From contig CM022677.1 in the NCBI GenBank assembly GCA_012295275.1, forward strand, positions 1,364,001-1,428,000: a stretch of DNA of 64,000 nucleotides, written 5' to 3'. Source of the stretch: Chrysomallon squamiferum. Its lineage: Eukaryota > Animalia > Mollusca. Positions within the stretch are counted from its first letter, which is position 1. Every line of letters begins with the position of its first letter. Below the pieces are notes generated by a model. The model saw only the letters and a program-made list of their open reading frames with translations. It did not search any database and was not told the origin of the DNA. The translations under genes and the position numbers were made by a program. Below are positions 39,842 to 54,391 of this stretch, piece by piece.

Positions 39842-39872
39842 CTAGTTACCCAGTGCGTTCAGTGGACTGCGA
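39842..39872 (-). mobile_element. Helitron-type 3' terminus (imperfect hairpin + CTAG followed by T)
   Basis: Minus strand reads gcagtccactgaacgcactgggtaaCTAG|t, resembling the canonical Helitron end ...AACGCACGGG....CTAG|T. No 5' TC end or Rep/helicase coding found. Confidence 0.5.
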
Positions 39873-39944
39873 CCGTTCCACGTTCTTAAAAAAAAAAAAA
39901 AATAATAAAAAAAAAGAACAAAACAAAATAATTAAGAACTAAAA

Positions 39945-41115
39945 ACACACATTTTGTTAGCAGCTGAATTAACATAAAACAAAACACCTGTCTTCACAGG
40001 ACGACTAAATTGTAAGGTGTATTTTTTTCTTCTTCCTTTATTATCATTTTGAAATTTGTACTAAACGAGGCGATTAAACCAAGTTTTTCCTCTCTACCCA
40101 CTGTAACATTCGATATCCAGTATTAAATTAAACAAGATGTATTTCTCATGACGAAGTATTTTATCTGTGTCGGTCACGCGGTCCTGCTGAATCACGCGAT
40201 CAGCTAAGTGTTGTCGTTCTGCCACAAGATGTAAATATTTGTTTATCAGTGTCAGGAGCGGACCTGAGTTGAATAATACATGCGGTTCGCTAGTGTTTTG
40301 TAAATATGTATACACCTGTGTTTATTATTATTTCTAAAGTAATGACATGATATATAATAGATAAAAATCACATAGTGGCTTTACCCGAACTGAACAAACA
40401 TCATTTTCTAACGTATATTTCTATTTTATCTTGTGAAATTAAAAGATTTTTGAAAGATAAAAAAAAAAAAAAATGTACAGCAAAAACAACAACTACTACT
40501 ATTACTACTACTATTATTACTAATAAAATACTACTGACTCCTCTACTTTTACTCCTACTACTACTAATACCTATCATTATCACCAAACGTATAATACTAC
40601 TACTTCTAATAATATATATATATTCATTACTTTTGTTATTTTAATTTTATTATATTTATATATTTAGTTATTTCCTTTGCTGACTACCCTCTTTTGGCCT
40701 GTACCTGAATTAATTTTATGAAACTCGTATGACTGCGCGTATTCAAAACCCGACTGAACAGGATGAAGCGTTTCGCCTCGGTAAACAGATATAATGTAAA
40801 GTGTTAAACTATACGCAGGGGATCAATACTGGCGTGTCACTGTACATACAAGACGAACTTCCAACCTCTTTTTGTATTTGATAGTTGTATTATGTTGTTC
40901 TGTTTCTTTTTTTTTTATCTTAACCAGATGCTTTATCATACACTTCTTCGTTCTGTTTCAGATAGGATTTATTTTTCCATTGTGTGTGTGTGTGTGTGTG
41001 TCTGAAAACAGGTTCATTTTCAAATGAGCATGTTATTCATGGTAAATGATATCTAACAAAGACCCGATTCAAGATAGTTTATTATTCCCATTTTGAAAAT
41101 AAATAAGTAAAGAAA

Positions 41116-41170
<55 letters not shown>

Positions 41171-41256
41171 ACGAAATGATGATAATAATTAAAATAATAG
41201 TAATAAATAAATAATAGTAATAGTATCTCTGACAGAAAATAATAGTTTTACGCATT

Positions 41257-41352
<96 letters not shown>

Positions 41353-41583
41353 ATACATAAAAAAGAAAAGAAACAAAAGAAAGGTAGACAGAGCAGAAGA
41401 AACAATTCCTTTCTTCGTCAGTGAAACAATTCTTATCTTTATTTTCTTAGAGTGGCCATATTCAAGAGTTCTGTGTTTCATTGTTTTCTCTCCACCCACC
41501 CATAGACGCTATTAACTGAACAAACGTGGGTGATTTCACTTTGTAAGTTCGAGCTTTTGTTTTCTGGGAATATGTCTTTGTAT

Positions 41584-41627
<44 letters not shown>

Positions 41628-42069
41628 TTTCCCTAGGAAGCTAGAGATCGAAATGACAAATATATATATATATAAGATAAAACAAAACAACAACAACTGA
41701 AAGTAACGGCAACATCGGCTAAAACATTAAATAGACCTAACATAATATTCAGTTCACTTCTCTGTACATTTATTGACAAAGGTTTAGATAAACAGAGTGC
41801 GAATCATAATTACATATACTTATGTGTGTCATAATAATTAATATCAAGAAATCAGTTTAGTTACACTCATAGAAAAAAATGGCTCTGTAACACAGTTACA
41901 CACACATCCACACACACTGTGTATATTTTGTTTAGTCAATTAATAACATATGAACTAAAATATTTTGAATTAATTAGTTTAAAAACAACTTTTGTATGTG
42001 TGTGTTAATAATAAGAAAGAAAGATTTCTAATATATAGAGGGAAAAGTTATGAATTATTATTATTATTA

Positions 42070-42124
<55 letters not shown>

Positions 42125-42712
42125 GTTATCTTTCTTTTCTGTTTGTCACTGCTATTGATTATTTATATATAAAAGGGTTGATAATCGTCTACATGTAACT
42201 ATACAATTTTGAACAAGATATATTTTGGTGTAGAAGTGTATTATCTTTCTCTTTCGTCCGGAAAATCTGTTCGCTGTCGATCTGGTGCATTTTACCTGGA
42301 ACAAGCAACTATTATACTACTTTACCTATATCGTCACTGAATCAGTTTGATACTTGTCTGGTGGACTAACAGTCATTTACCAATTAAACATTGCTGGCAA
42401 ATCAAAGAACAGATTCCCACCAGAATTTCATAGACAGGAACTGTAAACATTAGCGCATGATGTTAGTGATATCAACATATGATTTTTATGTAGTGGCAGA
42501 AGGTGCCGAGCGTATCATGCTTAGTTAATAAGAGGCAGTGTTTTCAAAATAGATTTCTAAATTAATAAACTTAAGCTATTAATCGATTAAGTATCTAGTT
42601 CATAAGTGCAGTATTATAATCAGTTTTACTTTATCAATCCCTGTCATAGTTTTTTAAACAGGTCCTAGACAGTGGCAACAACAGTAACAGCAACAGCAGC
42701 AGCAGCAGCAAC

Positions 42713-42790
<78 letters not shown>

Positions 42791-45189
42791 CACAACGAAA
42801 ACACAAACTATTATTGTTATAAAGTTTGCAAAATGTGATCTTCTTTTTGTTTGGATTGTTTTGTTTGTGCAACACACATTTTATTAGCAGCTGAATTAAC
42901 ATAAAACAAAACACCTGTTTTCACAGGACGACTAAATTGTAAGGTGTATTTTTTCTTCTTCTTTTTTATCATTTTGAAATTTGTACTAAACGAGGCGATT
43001 AAACCAAGTTTTTCCTCTCTACCCACTGTAACATTCGATATCCAGTATTAAATTTAACAAGATTTATTTCTCATGACGAAGTATTTTATCTGTGTCAGTC
43101 ACGCGATCCTGCTGAATCACGCGATCAGCTGACTGTTGTCGTTCTGTCAGAAGATGTAAATATTTGTTTATCAGTGTCAGGAGCGGACCTGAGTTATATA
43201 ATAGATGCGGTTCGCTAGTGTTTTGTAAATATGTATAGACCTGTGTTTATTATTTTTTCTAAAGTAATGATATATAATAGATAAAAATCACATAGTGGTT
43301 TGACCCGAACTGAACAAACATCATTTTCTAACGTATGTTTCTATTTTACCTTGCGAAATTAAAAGATTTTTGGAAAGATAAAAAAAAAATGTACAGTGAA
43401 AACAACTACTACTACTAATATAAATACTACTCAGTCCTCTACTATTACTACTACTACTACTACTAATTCCTGTCATTATTACCAAACGTATAATACTACT
43501 GCTTCTAATAATAGATATGTTCTTTGCTTTTCTTATTTTATTTTTATTATATTTACATATTTAGTTATTTTCTTTGCTGACTACCCTCTTTTGGTCTGTA
43601 CCTGAATTAATTTTCTGAAACTCGTATGACTGCGCGTATTCAAAACCCGACTAAACAGGATGAAGCGTTTCGCCTCGGTAAACAGATATAATGTAAAGTG
43701 TTAAACTATACACAGGGGTTCAACACTGGCGTGTCACTGGGCATACGAGACGAAATTCCAACCTCTTTTTATATCTGATAGTTGTATTATGTTGTCTTAT
43801 CTTAACCAGATCCAGTACCATCCAGTTCGACGTTAAGTTTCAGATAGGATTTATTTTTCCAGTGTGTGTGTGTGTGTGTCTGTGTGTGTGTCTGTGTGTG
43901 TCTTAAAACAGGTTCATTTTTAAATGAGCATGTTATTCGTGGTAAATGATATCTAACAAAGACCCGATTCAAGATAGTTTATTATTCACATTTTGAAAAT
44001 AAATAAGTAAGTAAATAAATAAATAAATAAATAAATAAACAAACGAAATGATGATGGTGATGATGAAGATGATGATGATAATAATTAAAATAATAGTAAT
44101 AAATAAATAAATCAATCAATCAATAAATAAATAATAGTATTAGTATCTCTGACAGAAAATAATAGTTTTACGCATTAAAATCTCATTAAAATTTGGAAAT
44201 AAATTTGATTAATTTCATATCATAATATGTTAGATCGGGAAATTAGTTTAATACTGACATAAAGTATGAAGAAATGTACGTTTGTGTTCTTTTCCTTTAA
44301 TTGTAATGTTCTTTATTTCTGTATTTAACAAGAGGAGGACATCTTCATCATGCTTGTGTGTGGAGTTTTGTCTTTATAGTACTCCTGAATAAATCTGTCA
44401 TATTAAAACACATTTTTAGTTTTCATACATCAAACAATGTAGTATATTTCGCTTCACGAAACAAATAAAATCTTATTTAAAAAAAAAAAAAAAAAAAAAT
44501 AGTTTACGCGGTTTATGGAGACGTGAAAAGCTATAAAAAAATAAAAAATAAAAGAAAGATAGACAGAGCAGAAGAAGCGATTCCTTTGCTCGTCAGTGAA
44601 ACAAATGTTATCTTTATTTTCTTAGAGTGGCCATATTCAAGATTTCTGTGTTTCATTTTTTTTTTCATCTTTCTCCTCCCACCCCTAGTCGCTGTTAACT
44701 GAACAAACGTGGGTCATTTCACTTTGTAATTTCGACCTTTTCTGTCCTCTTTGTGTGTATGTGTACGTGTGGGTCTATATATATATATTTTCCCTAGGAA
44801 ACTTAAGTTAGAAAGGACAAAAAAAAAAAAACAACAACTGAAAGTAACATTGGCTAAAACATTAAATAGACCTAACATAATATTCAGTTCACTTCTCTGT
44901 AAATTTATTGACAAACGTGTAGATAAACAGAGTGCGAATCATAATTAAAATACTTGTGTGTGTCATAATAATTAATTTAAGGAAATCAGTTTACTTACAC
45001 TCATAGAACAAAATGGCTTTGTAACATAGTTACACACACATGCACACACTGTATATATTTTAATTAGTCAATTAATAAAATATATACTATAATATTTTGA
45101 ATTAATTAGTTGAAAAACAATGGGTGTGTGTGTGCGTGTATTAATAATAAGAAACAAAGATATCTAATATATAGAGGGAAAATATATGA

Positions 45190-45237
<48 letters not shown>

Positions 45238-45505
45238 GTTATTATTATATTATTATGTATACTTTGTACCTTATTTTTCATTGCTATTGATTAATTATAT
45301 ATATATCTGATAAAAAGGATAGATATATTACTTTACCTATATCCTCACTGAATCAGTTTGATACTTGTCTGGTGGACTAACAGTCATTTACCAATTAAAC
45401 ATGGCTGACAAATCAAAGAAGTGAATCCCAAACAGCCACCAGAATTTCATAGACAGGAACTATAAACATTAGCGCATGATGTTAGTGATATCAACATATG
45501 ATTTG
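39945..45505 (+). repeat. Direct tandem duplication of about 2.9-3.0 kb (module M copies C and D)
   Basis: cagctgaattaacataaaacaaaacacctg at about 39961 and 42888; gcgcatgatgttagtgatatcaacatatgattt ends at about 42485 and 45504. High identity with indels. Confidence 0.92.
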
Positions 45506-45754
45506 CATGATCATACTGTTCTTGTTATTATTTCTTCATTGTTGTTGTTATTACTATTACTGTTATTATTATAATAACTATTATTGTTCTTGTTATTATT
45601 ATTATTATTATTGTTGTTGTTGTTCTTGTTGTTGTTATTATTATTACCGAATGACGCTTTGTATAAAACGTCCTGTTCACAGATATTAAGCATGTTCTTT
45701 GACCCTCTCTATCATTAATACGTAGAAACCTGAAAACAAAAATAACTGATATCT

Positions 45755-46535
45755 CAAAAACGTGACTAGATGCTAAATTGGATACCTCACAAGAGATATG
45801 TACACTCGTGTTTTAAATCCCGCTGTTACTAATCATATTTCGTCTTTTCTTGTCTGTGCACGATCGAGTTAGTTTCAGCAAGAGACTGGTTCACTCTAAC
45901 AACAGAGGAGGGGAACAGGGCCGGTACTGAGGCTTCAGTGTTTTAAGATGAGGTACAAAAATATATAGTCTTGTTTCGTTTTGTTTTATTTATTTAATTA
46001 TTTATTTATTTATTACATTTTTATTTGTTCAGTTTGATTTCCGTTTTCTAAGACTTATAAGCAGAGAGATGTGATGTTTGCAGTTCTAACTTTAAATGTT
46101 ATGACTTCATCTTTCTAAAATAGATTACAATAAAATCACTTTCTCACACACATAGACACACACACTTGCGTTTTAACGTAACAAGAACTGTAACAAGAAC
46201 TTCGATATATATATATATATATATTTGCTTGTATATATATATATATATATACACAAACACACAAAAACATAAATAAATAAATAAATGATGTATACAAAGG
46301 TAAGATCAAGAGAATCAGTAGGTTAAAACAAAGAAGACAAAAGAAAAACCCCAGATAGGAAAAACGTGACTACGTATTAAATTTAATACCTCAATGAAAA
46401 CCTTAGACGCGTGTTTTAAATGCAGGTGTTACAGATTAGGTTTTGTCTTCTGTTTACTCTGCACGTTGAAGTTAGCTTAAACAAGGGACTGATTCACAAT
46501 AATCTAAGGTGAGGGTGACAGGGCCGGTACTGAGA
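45755..46535. repeat. Diverged direct repeat of about 180 bp (45755-45932 and 46360-46535)
   Basis: Both begin aaaacgtgacta..atacctca and end acagggccggtactgag. Confidence 0.75.
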
Positions 46536-46898
46536 TTTGTAGAAATTAATGGTGAGAAATAAAACTGACAAAGATAGTTGGGCACACAGAAAACTAGACA
46601 GAGATCCAACAGCAACACTGAACATTTCTTAGATGGGGAATTAATAATTATGAAACAGTAATTAAAATAACTTCACAAAACTGTTCTACTAGCATGGTAC
46701 CGCTGAATGACGTCACATGATGTAACAGTTTTCTGTAAACTGTAAAATAAGACCGTTTACATAATTAATTACTTATTTTTATGTCTATACTGTTATTACT
46801 ATTGCTACCAGTACTATATAATTAACTTATTAAATAATGCTATTTATTTCAATCATATTACAAATGTTTTTTCTCTGTTTGTTGTTTTATTTATTTGT

Positions 46899-46941
<43 letters not shown>

Positions 46942-48282
46942 TAGGGAACAAAATTGCTTTGTTGTGCAGCTTTTCGTTTTTGGCTCCACATTCGTTGAGA
47001 GAGACAGAGAGACAGATTTCCTGCATGAAGTAAGTTCCTGTTTTTGCTGCTTAGAAAAGTAATTATTAATAATGACCCACTGACTAATACTACTTATTTT
47101 GTTTTGTAAATGGCAAAAGTCCTGTAAAGATTAGAATGTAGCTTACAGTCGCACTACATATTACACACAACAAGAGGATATTTATGTTTTACACTGTGTG
47201 GATAATAGTTATTTGATGTCGTGAGACAGTGGTTGGGGACAGAGCTGGATTAACAACGTAGCAGATGTAGCAAATGTACGGGTTCCGCGCTTTCAGGGCC
47301 CCGCGGATCAATTTATTTTTTTCTCTTCTTCTTCTTTTTTTTTTACTCACTCAGAGTAGTAAGATGTTCATGCACCGTCACGTCAGAGATCACAGCACGC
47401 AATCATGTTTTACAGACTGCATGAAAAATATTTAATAAAAATATATTAATAATTATAATCAGTAAATAAACTGCATTTAAATTCGATATATGCAGATAAT
47501 TAAAGTTCTGTTTGACCATCCGTAATACCCTTTTACTACAAAACAAGCCCAAGACGAACTTTTAAATACATATTTGTTTTTCGTTTTATTTACTTATGTT
47601 GGTTACTATTATTAATATATTTTTTTTAAATTTCATACTTACTTTAATTACCGGCTAGAGTACAGCCAGTTTTGACTGATAAACTAACACAACTTTGAAA
47701 TGTGTCAACCCGCGTGTCTTAGCTTTTATCTTTGATTTCTTGACAAATCACCAGAGAGAATTTCAAACTTTATCCTTGATCTCATAAGTTTCGCGGCATC
47801 TGGTAAGATACTTTTCTTCTTCTTCTTCTTCTTCTTTTACCGTCAGTAGGCAGTGTAGTCTGTGTCATTAACGGTATACTGTTTAACACACACACAGAGA
47901 CACAAACACACACTCACACACACACACATACATATTTATGTTAACGTAACAACCTGATTCTTCCACAAAATATATATACACACACACTAGATAAATAACA
48001 CATCAACAAAAATACAACATGAGAGAGCGAGAAGGAGAGACAGAGACAGACAGAGAGAGACAAGGAGAGAGACAGACAGACAGAGAAAGAGAAGGAGAGA
48101 TACAGAGAGAGAGAGAGAGATTTCCTTCGTGAATTAATGAGTGACTAACAGCACTGCTTTGTTTTATTCGTGACAAAAAATTAGAATGTAGATTAGAATG
48201 TAGCTTACAGGCGCACTACACGTTACACACATATCAGTAACAACATCAATGTCTTTATGTTTTCTACTGTGTGGATAAAAAG

Positions 48283-48350
<68 letters not shown>

Positions 48351-48351
48351 A

Positions 48352-48426
<75 letters not shown>

Positions 48427-48617
48427 AACTATTGGATATTTCAAACAAGGACGTTGGCAAATGGTTATGTGTAGTTATTGAAAATGCTAATTACTATAAA
48501 AATTATTTGCCTTTTGTTCTGGAATTTACATTCAGTATCCGAAGTAGACAGCACCCAGATTAGTCACTGTTTTGTTCACAACAGATTAACAGTAGCTGGA
48601 AGGGAAACTGAAATGTA

Positions 48618-49292
48618 CCGGTGTAGCAGTTAAATACAAACCCCTGGAAATCGCACATCCAAGGGTTTGTAATTTGCTAGAAATGCCCCTCATCCCGTGG
48701 AATAGCACAGTGCATAGCGTCCCTGTTACTCCTATCTTCTGGCACACCACTGGCATAGACAGTTAAATCTCAGTCAGAAGGGAAACGTTTATATACAAAC
48801 AGTTTCTGACTACTACAGCAGGTGTTATCAGTGCTTTAATTAATTACTGTTTATTAAGGAAGCTGGTGTGTAAATAATTTCAAATCAGACTGTCGCTCTT
48901 TTTGTTTTTCAGTTGTGTGTCTCAAGTATGAGACTAGAGCTTTTTGTAGCTGCAGCTAAAAAGAAAGTCAGAAAAATTTGAAATTTAAACTTGCGTCGGG
49001 ATGAAATATGTTTTGTTGCAATTAACAGACATACTGTATTTGAAACTGTTGTTAAACACAAACATAAATAATTTTGGGCAAAAAACCCCAACAGTTTGAC
49101 CCATTTCTAATGTGGAAATATTTGTTATTCATATCAAAACCACAAATAGAAGGAATGTTTATAGTGAGATGCAGTTACAGACACAATGACTACTGCTATA
49201 TGTGTGGTATATTAGGAGGGGTTTGTGATTTACAGGGTTTGTGATTTACAGGGTTTGTGATTTACAGGGTTTGTGATTTCCTGCTACACTAG
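48618..49292. mobile_element. MITE-like element with imperfect TIRs of about 25 bp
   Basis: Left gtgtagcagttaaatacaaacccct versus reverse complement of the right end gtgtagcaggaaatcacaaaccct. The subterminal motif is tandemly repeated at the right end. No clear TSD. Confidence 0.55.
49219..49279 (+). repeat. 16-bp tandem repeat gggtttgtgatttaca x3.8
   Basis: Perfect copies at 49219, 49235 and 49251, partial at 49267. Confidence 0.95.
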
Positions 49293-49341
49293 TTTATACA
49301 CAAATCTCGGTTAGTCCAAGGTTCTTTTTTGCCGAGTGCAC

Positions 49342-49452
<111 letters not shown>

Positions 49453-50265
49453 TGAAATAATTTAAAACAGATTATTTGTTTATTTTTTAAAGTTAACTTA
49501 TTATCAATGGTAGTGAAATCAAGGGCAAGCTAATATACATGTGTGTACGTATATATGTATGCATGTTTTTTTGGTTGCATACGTACACACACACATATAA
49601 TATTTCTCACTCTGAACAGAATAGAAACAAATAAATACATAAATAACAAAAAGTAAATAATAATACCTGACACATTTATTTCTATATCTTTGTAATTCAC
49701 CTGTTTACAAATATAAACACAAATTAAATACAAAAATAATTCATAATAAAAAAATACAAATTTATTTATCTGTTTTTCGTTTATTTATATCTCATCTATA
49801 AATAAATAAACAAAGAGTTGCTAGTCTTAGTAAAAGAAAATGGATAAATAAATGAAATAACAGTTCTTATTTTCATGTCTAACAACTAGGAAATACATAC
49901 ATAATTTATCTACATATTATATTTCATATACAAAAAACAAAATAAAAATAAAATAAACCAAAAAGAAAAATGCATAAATAAATAAGTAAATAAATAAATA
50001 ATAACAGTAACATAATAAATAAGAAATGAGATGTTTATATACATCATGCACGTGTTAGACAGAAATCAGTTCATTAGAAATCAAAAAATTCAAATCAAGT
50101 GTGTATGACGTCATCACTGCTGTCTGACGTCATCAGAAATACAAAACGTAAACAAACATAAATAAATAAATAATCAAACTAAATAAATAAATAAATAAAC
50201 AAATAAATAAAAATAGAAATACTACGTCAGTGATGATTAAATTTGTATTTGAACGATGTTGTTTT

Positions 50266-51316
50266 TTACACTAAAAATAACAAAGCAGGTATTTGTCCGT
50301 GTTTCACATCTGTACGAAGTTCTCTGTCACTGTGTTTAGATTTGTGTGACTTAGAAAATCTACAAACAAAAGAGTCTACAACAATTTCTGATTTACCTTT
50401 AACTCCAAACAATGATCCTTCTCCCTTAACAGTACCAAACAAGCTGTACTCAGTGTCTTTAGTAATCTTCACTGGACGTCTGAACACGACGTCATACACG
50501 TCAGACACGACGTTTTCATATCTCTGTGTCAGTGTAGACCCGTCCAGTATTTCGTCTGTTCTTGTGTCAGTGACGAAGGCGCTGACGTCGTAGTTTCGTG
50601 GTTCACGGTGACCATACAACTGAAATCCGCGAAGTAAAGCGTTTTTGTTGACAGAGAAAGTAATGACGTCATCTACTTCACCAGTATATGAATAGCAGAA
50701 ACCAAAGTCATCAAATCTGTTTATTTTAATCTGTGTTTTCATCATTGCAGTTCTCTTGTTTGAGTTAAAAGGTGAAACATCTTCATCACTGCTCACCCAG
50801 TGTCTCAAAATCTTGTTTTCTTCTGTCTCAGTGAGTATGTGAGTGGGTGTCACGTGTTCTACAAAATACGTCTGATCGAGTAATGGATAACGCACGTGCT
50901 TCACGACCTCTCCCAGTGCTTCGCGCATGTTTTTTTCATTCGTCTGTCTTCCTTGCTTCCTGCACGCGCTGTCAGCCCACTTCACAGCGGCTTCAAAAAC
51001 ATTTTTCTCGTCTGCTGTCAGTTCGTCTGATCGTACGATCTCAACCAGACATTCGTGACAAAGATCGGTGACTTCATCTGACTTCAGAACTTCGTCGCCA
51101 TTTTTCAAAATGAAGTCCAGAGTTTTTTTCCTTAGATCATGTTCATCAAACAGGTGAGCTTGTTCCAGCACGACGCACGCATTCTGTGACGACAACGACG
51201 ACTCCAAATAGTTGACGCACTGTTCTTCCAGTGTCGTGACGATGTACTTCCTCGACAGATACAGCAGACCGGTGACGTTGTCGCCTGTTAGGACGACGTC
51301 ATCCGTATAAAGATAT
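50266..51316 (-). CDS. BTB/POZ-BACK-PHR protein (BTBD1/2/3/6-like Cullin-3 adaptor), coding exon 2
   Basis: Acceptor ttttacacag at 51317-51326, phase 2 joins exon 1 (AA|A). Translation YLYTDDVVLTGDNVTGLLYLSRKY..., BACK (EKNVFEAAVKWA, VRYPLL) and PHR-like C-terminus (ITFSVNKNALLRGFQLYG...GQIPALLFLV). Spliced protein about 435 aa. Confidence 0.92.
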
Positions 51317-51559
51317 CTGTGTAAAAGAAGTAGAGTAAGACTTTAAAATGTGAGATAATTATGTGAGATTATTTAATTAGAAAATAATTAGATTACTAAC
51401 AAAAACTGTATTGTTATCAACGTTCGTGTCGGTTTGTATGTTTCGTTACTCACTATGTTCGTACCTGTGTCGCTGTGTGTGTCTGTGTTTCTCTGTGTTT
51501 GTGTGTATGTGTGTTTGTGTATGTGTGTTTCTGTGTGTTTGTGTGTCTGTATGTGTGTG

Positions 51560-51603
<44 letters not shown>

Positions 51604-51666
51604 TGTCTGTGTGTCTGTGTGTTTGTGTCTGTGTGTCTGTGTGTGTGTGTGTGTTTGTTAACATAC

Positions 51667-51923
51667 TTTAAAAACTTTGTGAAAATATCTGCCTGAACAT
51701 CAGGCAAGATGATGCTGTTTTGTTCGCGAAGTTCTCCCATAAACATTTTGTGGAAGACTTCGCTTCGTATCATCAGGATGAAGCGATGTGCATCCACAGT
51801 TGTTTTATCTTCCCCAACAATAAATCTGACGTCGCTGTCTGTTCTCGTATGAAAAACGTGTTCAATGCTCTCCGTTAGTGTTTTCCCTGTCTGCCAACCT
51901 GTAACTTCTGCTGAGGTGGCCAT
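51667..51923 (-). CDS. BTB/POZ-BACK-PHR protein, coding exon 1 (BTB domain)
   Basis: Acceptor tttatag 7 nt upstream of ATG 51923. MATSAEVTGWQTGKTL...SDVRFIVGEDKTTVDAHRFILMIRSEVFHKMFMGELRE...IILPDV is a BTB domain. Donor GTATGT at 51666. Confidence 0.92.
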
Positions 51924-51929
51924 GTTTTC

Positions 51930-51939
51930 ACTATAAACA

Positions 51940-51993
<54 letters not shown>

Positions 51994-52784
51994 CTCATAT
52001 GAAATATAATTTTAACATGTTTCTAATACACAGCCTCACATTGCAGTGATCAGTTTTCTATATTCACATCTAGCTATGACCTGTACATAGAAATATTTCA
52101 AATACTAAACATTTTTATGTAAAAAAATAATCAACCTAAGATAATTTCTAACTAGCGACTACTTTCTGTTTAACGCCTGTACTGATCAATACTGCGACCA
52201 GAGATCTAAAAATAAATAAATAAAAGATAACGAAAGAAAGAAAGAAAGAAAATAAGATAAATATATACCAAATCGATAAAAGACAAAAGAAGTACATTAT
52301 GCTTACACTAGTGATTATTATGATGACGACAACAACAATAATTATTATTATAATTATTATTATACACAGACATGTCTGTTCACAGTCAGGTAAAACATAT
52401 TTAACCGTGGGACAAAATATTTTCAAATTGCAATGTACATATGGTCATTTATACCAATTTACTCCTCGAAAAGACAAAATAATTAACCACTAATAACAAA
52501 TCTAAAAGAAACTCGATATCAGAAAAAAGAATAATAAGTGAGGAAAATCAAGGAAAAAGATGTGATACTTTTGAAATATAAAACTATATAAAATACCTTG
52601 TAAGTTGATCTTCCTGATCGACAATTTCTTATAAGCGACAATTTTCTATCAACTCAGTTATAGATCACAGATGTCACCGAGCTAAGAATAAATGAAATAA
52701 TATAAAAATAATATGAAGTAAGCGATATATAGGAAAAGGCGTGAATAAATAAAAAAAAGAGAGCTATAATAGGATAGCAATAGC

Positions 52785-52858
<74 letters not shown>

Positions 52859-53279
52859 CAGCATATTAAAGTCAGGATATACATAACTTGTTTCATTTCA
52901 ATTTAAAACACCTGACACTTAAGTAATCTATTTGTTAGAGAACTAACTCTGATATATTTATAATAAATTAAGAACAGTGGAAGCGTCAACACATAATAAA
53001 ATATAAAATTTGATACACGTTCAATATGGCCGACTACTGTCAGTTCTGCTTTGTGTTCTTTTAGTTAAGAAACCCTCCACTGATAAACACGCGACTGACG
53101 TCAAATATCTTATACGTCATCAAGTGTTACGTTTCAGTTTCAGATTAAAATAAACAAATCGTGCTACGAGATATATGTACACTGATCTTACATAAATCTT
53201 CTTTACAATAAATTACATTCATTTTAATTCAATAAATTAAATACTACTAGATGCCATTGTTTATACGTAAGTTATACAT

Positions 53280-53352
<73 letters not shown>

Positions 53353-53729
53353 TTATAATAATAACAGCAACAACAACATCAGCATGATCAACAACAACAA
53401 TAATAATAACAAATATTTTTTACAGTATACTTAATATAAGTGTACATGTCTTATTTCTCTGACGAGGCTTGCATGACCAGTTTCAATGTAATCTGCCACT
53501 GACTGCTTGTTATGTAGCTCATATAAAAATAGCGTGTCACTGCTACACGAAACACACAAAGGTATACTCGGGTGTTATTTACAGCGATCTGACAAGTTAA
53601 TTGTTAATACACAATCTGTCCATAAGTGTAGAAATAGCCCGTGAAAATAAGAAATTATTTACATTTGTCAGCATTGTGAGAAGATAAATAATTTGAATAA
53701 AGACGACAAAAACAACCAGCAATCTCGTA

Positions 53730-53791
<62 letters not shown>

Positions 53792-54326
53792 TATGAGATA
53801 ATATGATCACATCCTCTAGTGGTACTTTCCACAGACAACCAACAAACTCATAAATACTACTACTACTAGTACTACTATTACTACTACAACTATTACTACA
53901 ACAACTACTACTACTACTACTACTACTACTAATAATAATATAATAATAAAAAGTAATAAAAATTATATGTGATAATATTATCACATCCTGTCGTTACATA
54001 CACCAGATGGTAAGAAACATTTTATAGTCGTGTCTAGCACATATTTTTTCATAGGTTTAAAAAGCCTCACGCTATAACGCTGTTTGTTAAATGGTTTATT
54101 CTTTTTTCTTTCTTTTTTCTTTCTTTTTGGATGTTTTCCGTTGTAGATGAAAACAAATACAATAACATTTTATGAACTGGCTGGAATGGGTGATAGACCA
54201 ACCAACGTTAGTTAAGAAGGAAGGAACGAATGAAGAAAGGAAGAAAGAAAAAATGAAACGAACACACGCAAATAAATAAATAAATAAATAATAAAATAAT
54301 AACAATAATAATAATAATAAATAATA

Positions 54327-54391
<65 letters not shown>

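Noticed and set aside
47240-47310. GC-rich cagagctggattaac...gggccccgcg as a hAT-like terminus
   Set aside because: No partner TIR or TSD found in the window.
49219-49279. Direct repeats as a CRISPR array or telomeric repeat
   Set aside because: No spacers, eukaryotic context, and not TTAGGG.
53458-53490. CTGACGA followed by a GG...CC stem (hammerhead-like)
   Set aside because: No GAAA after the putative stem II.
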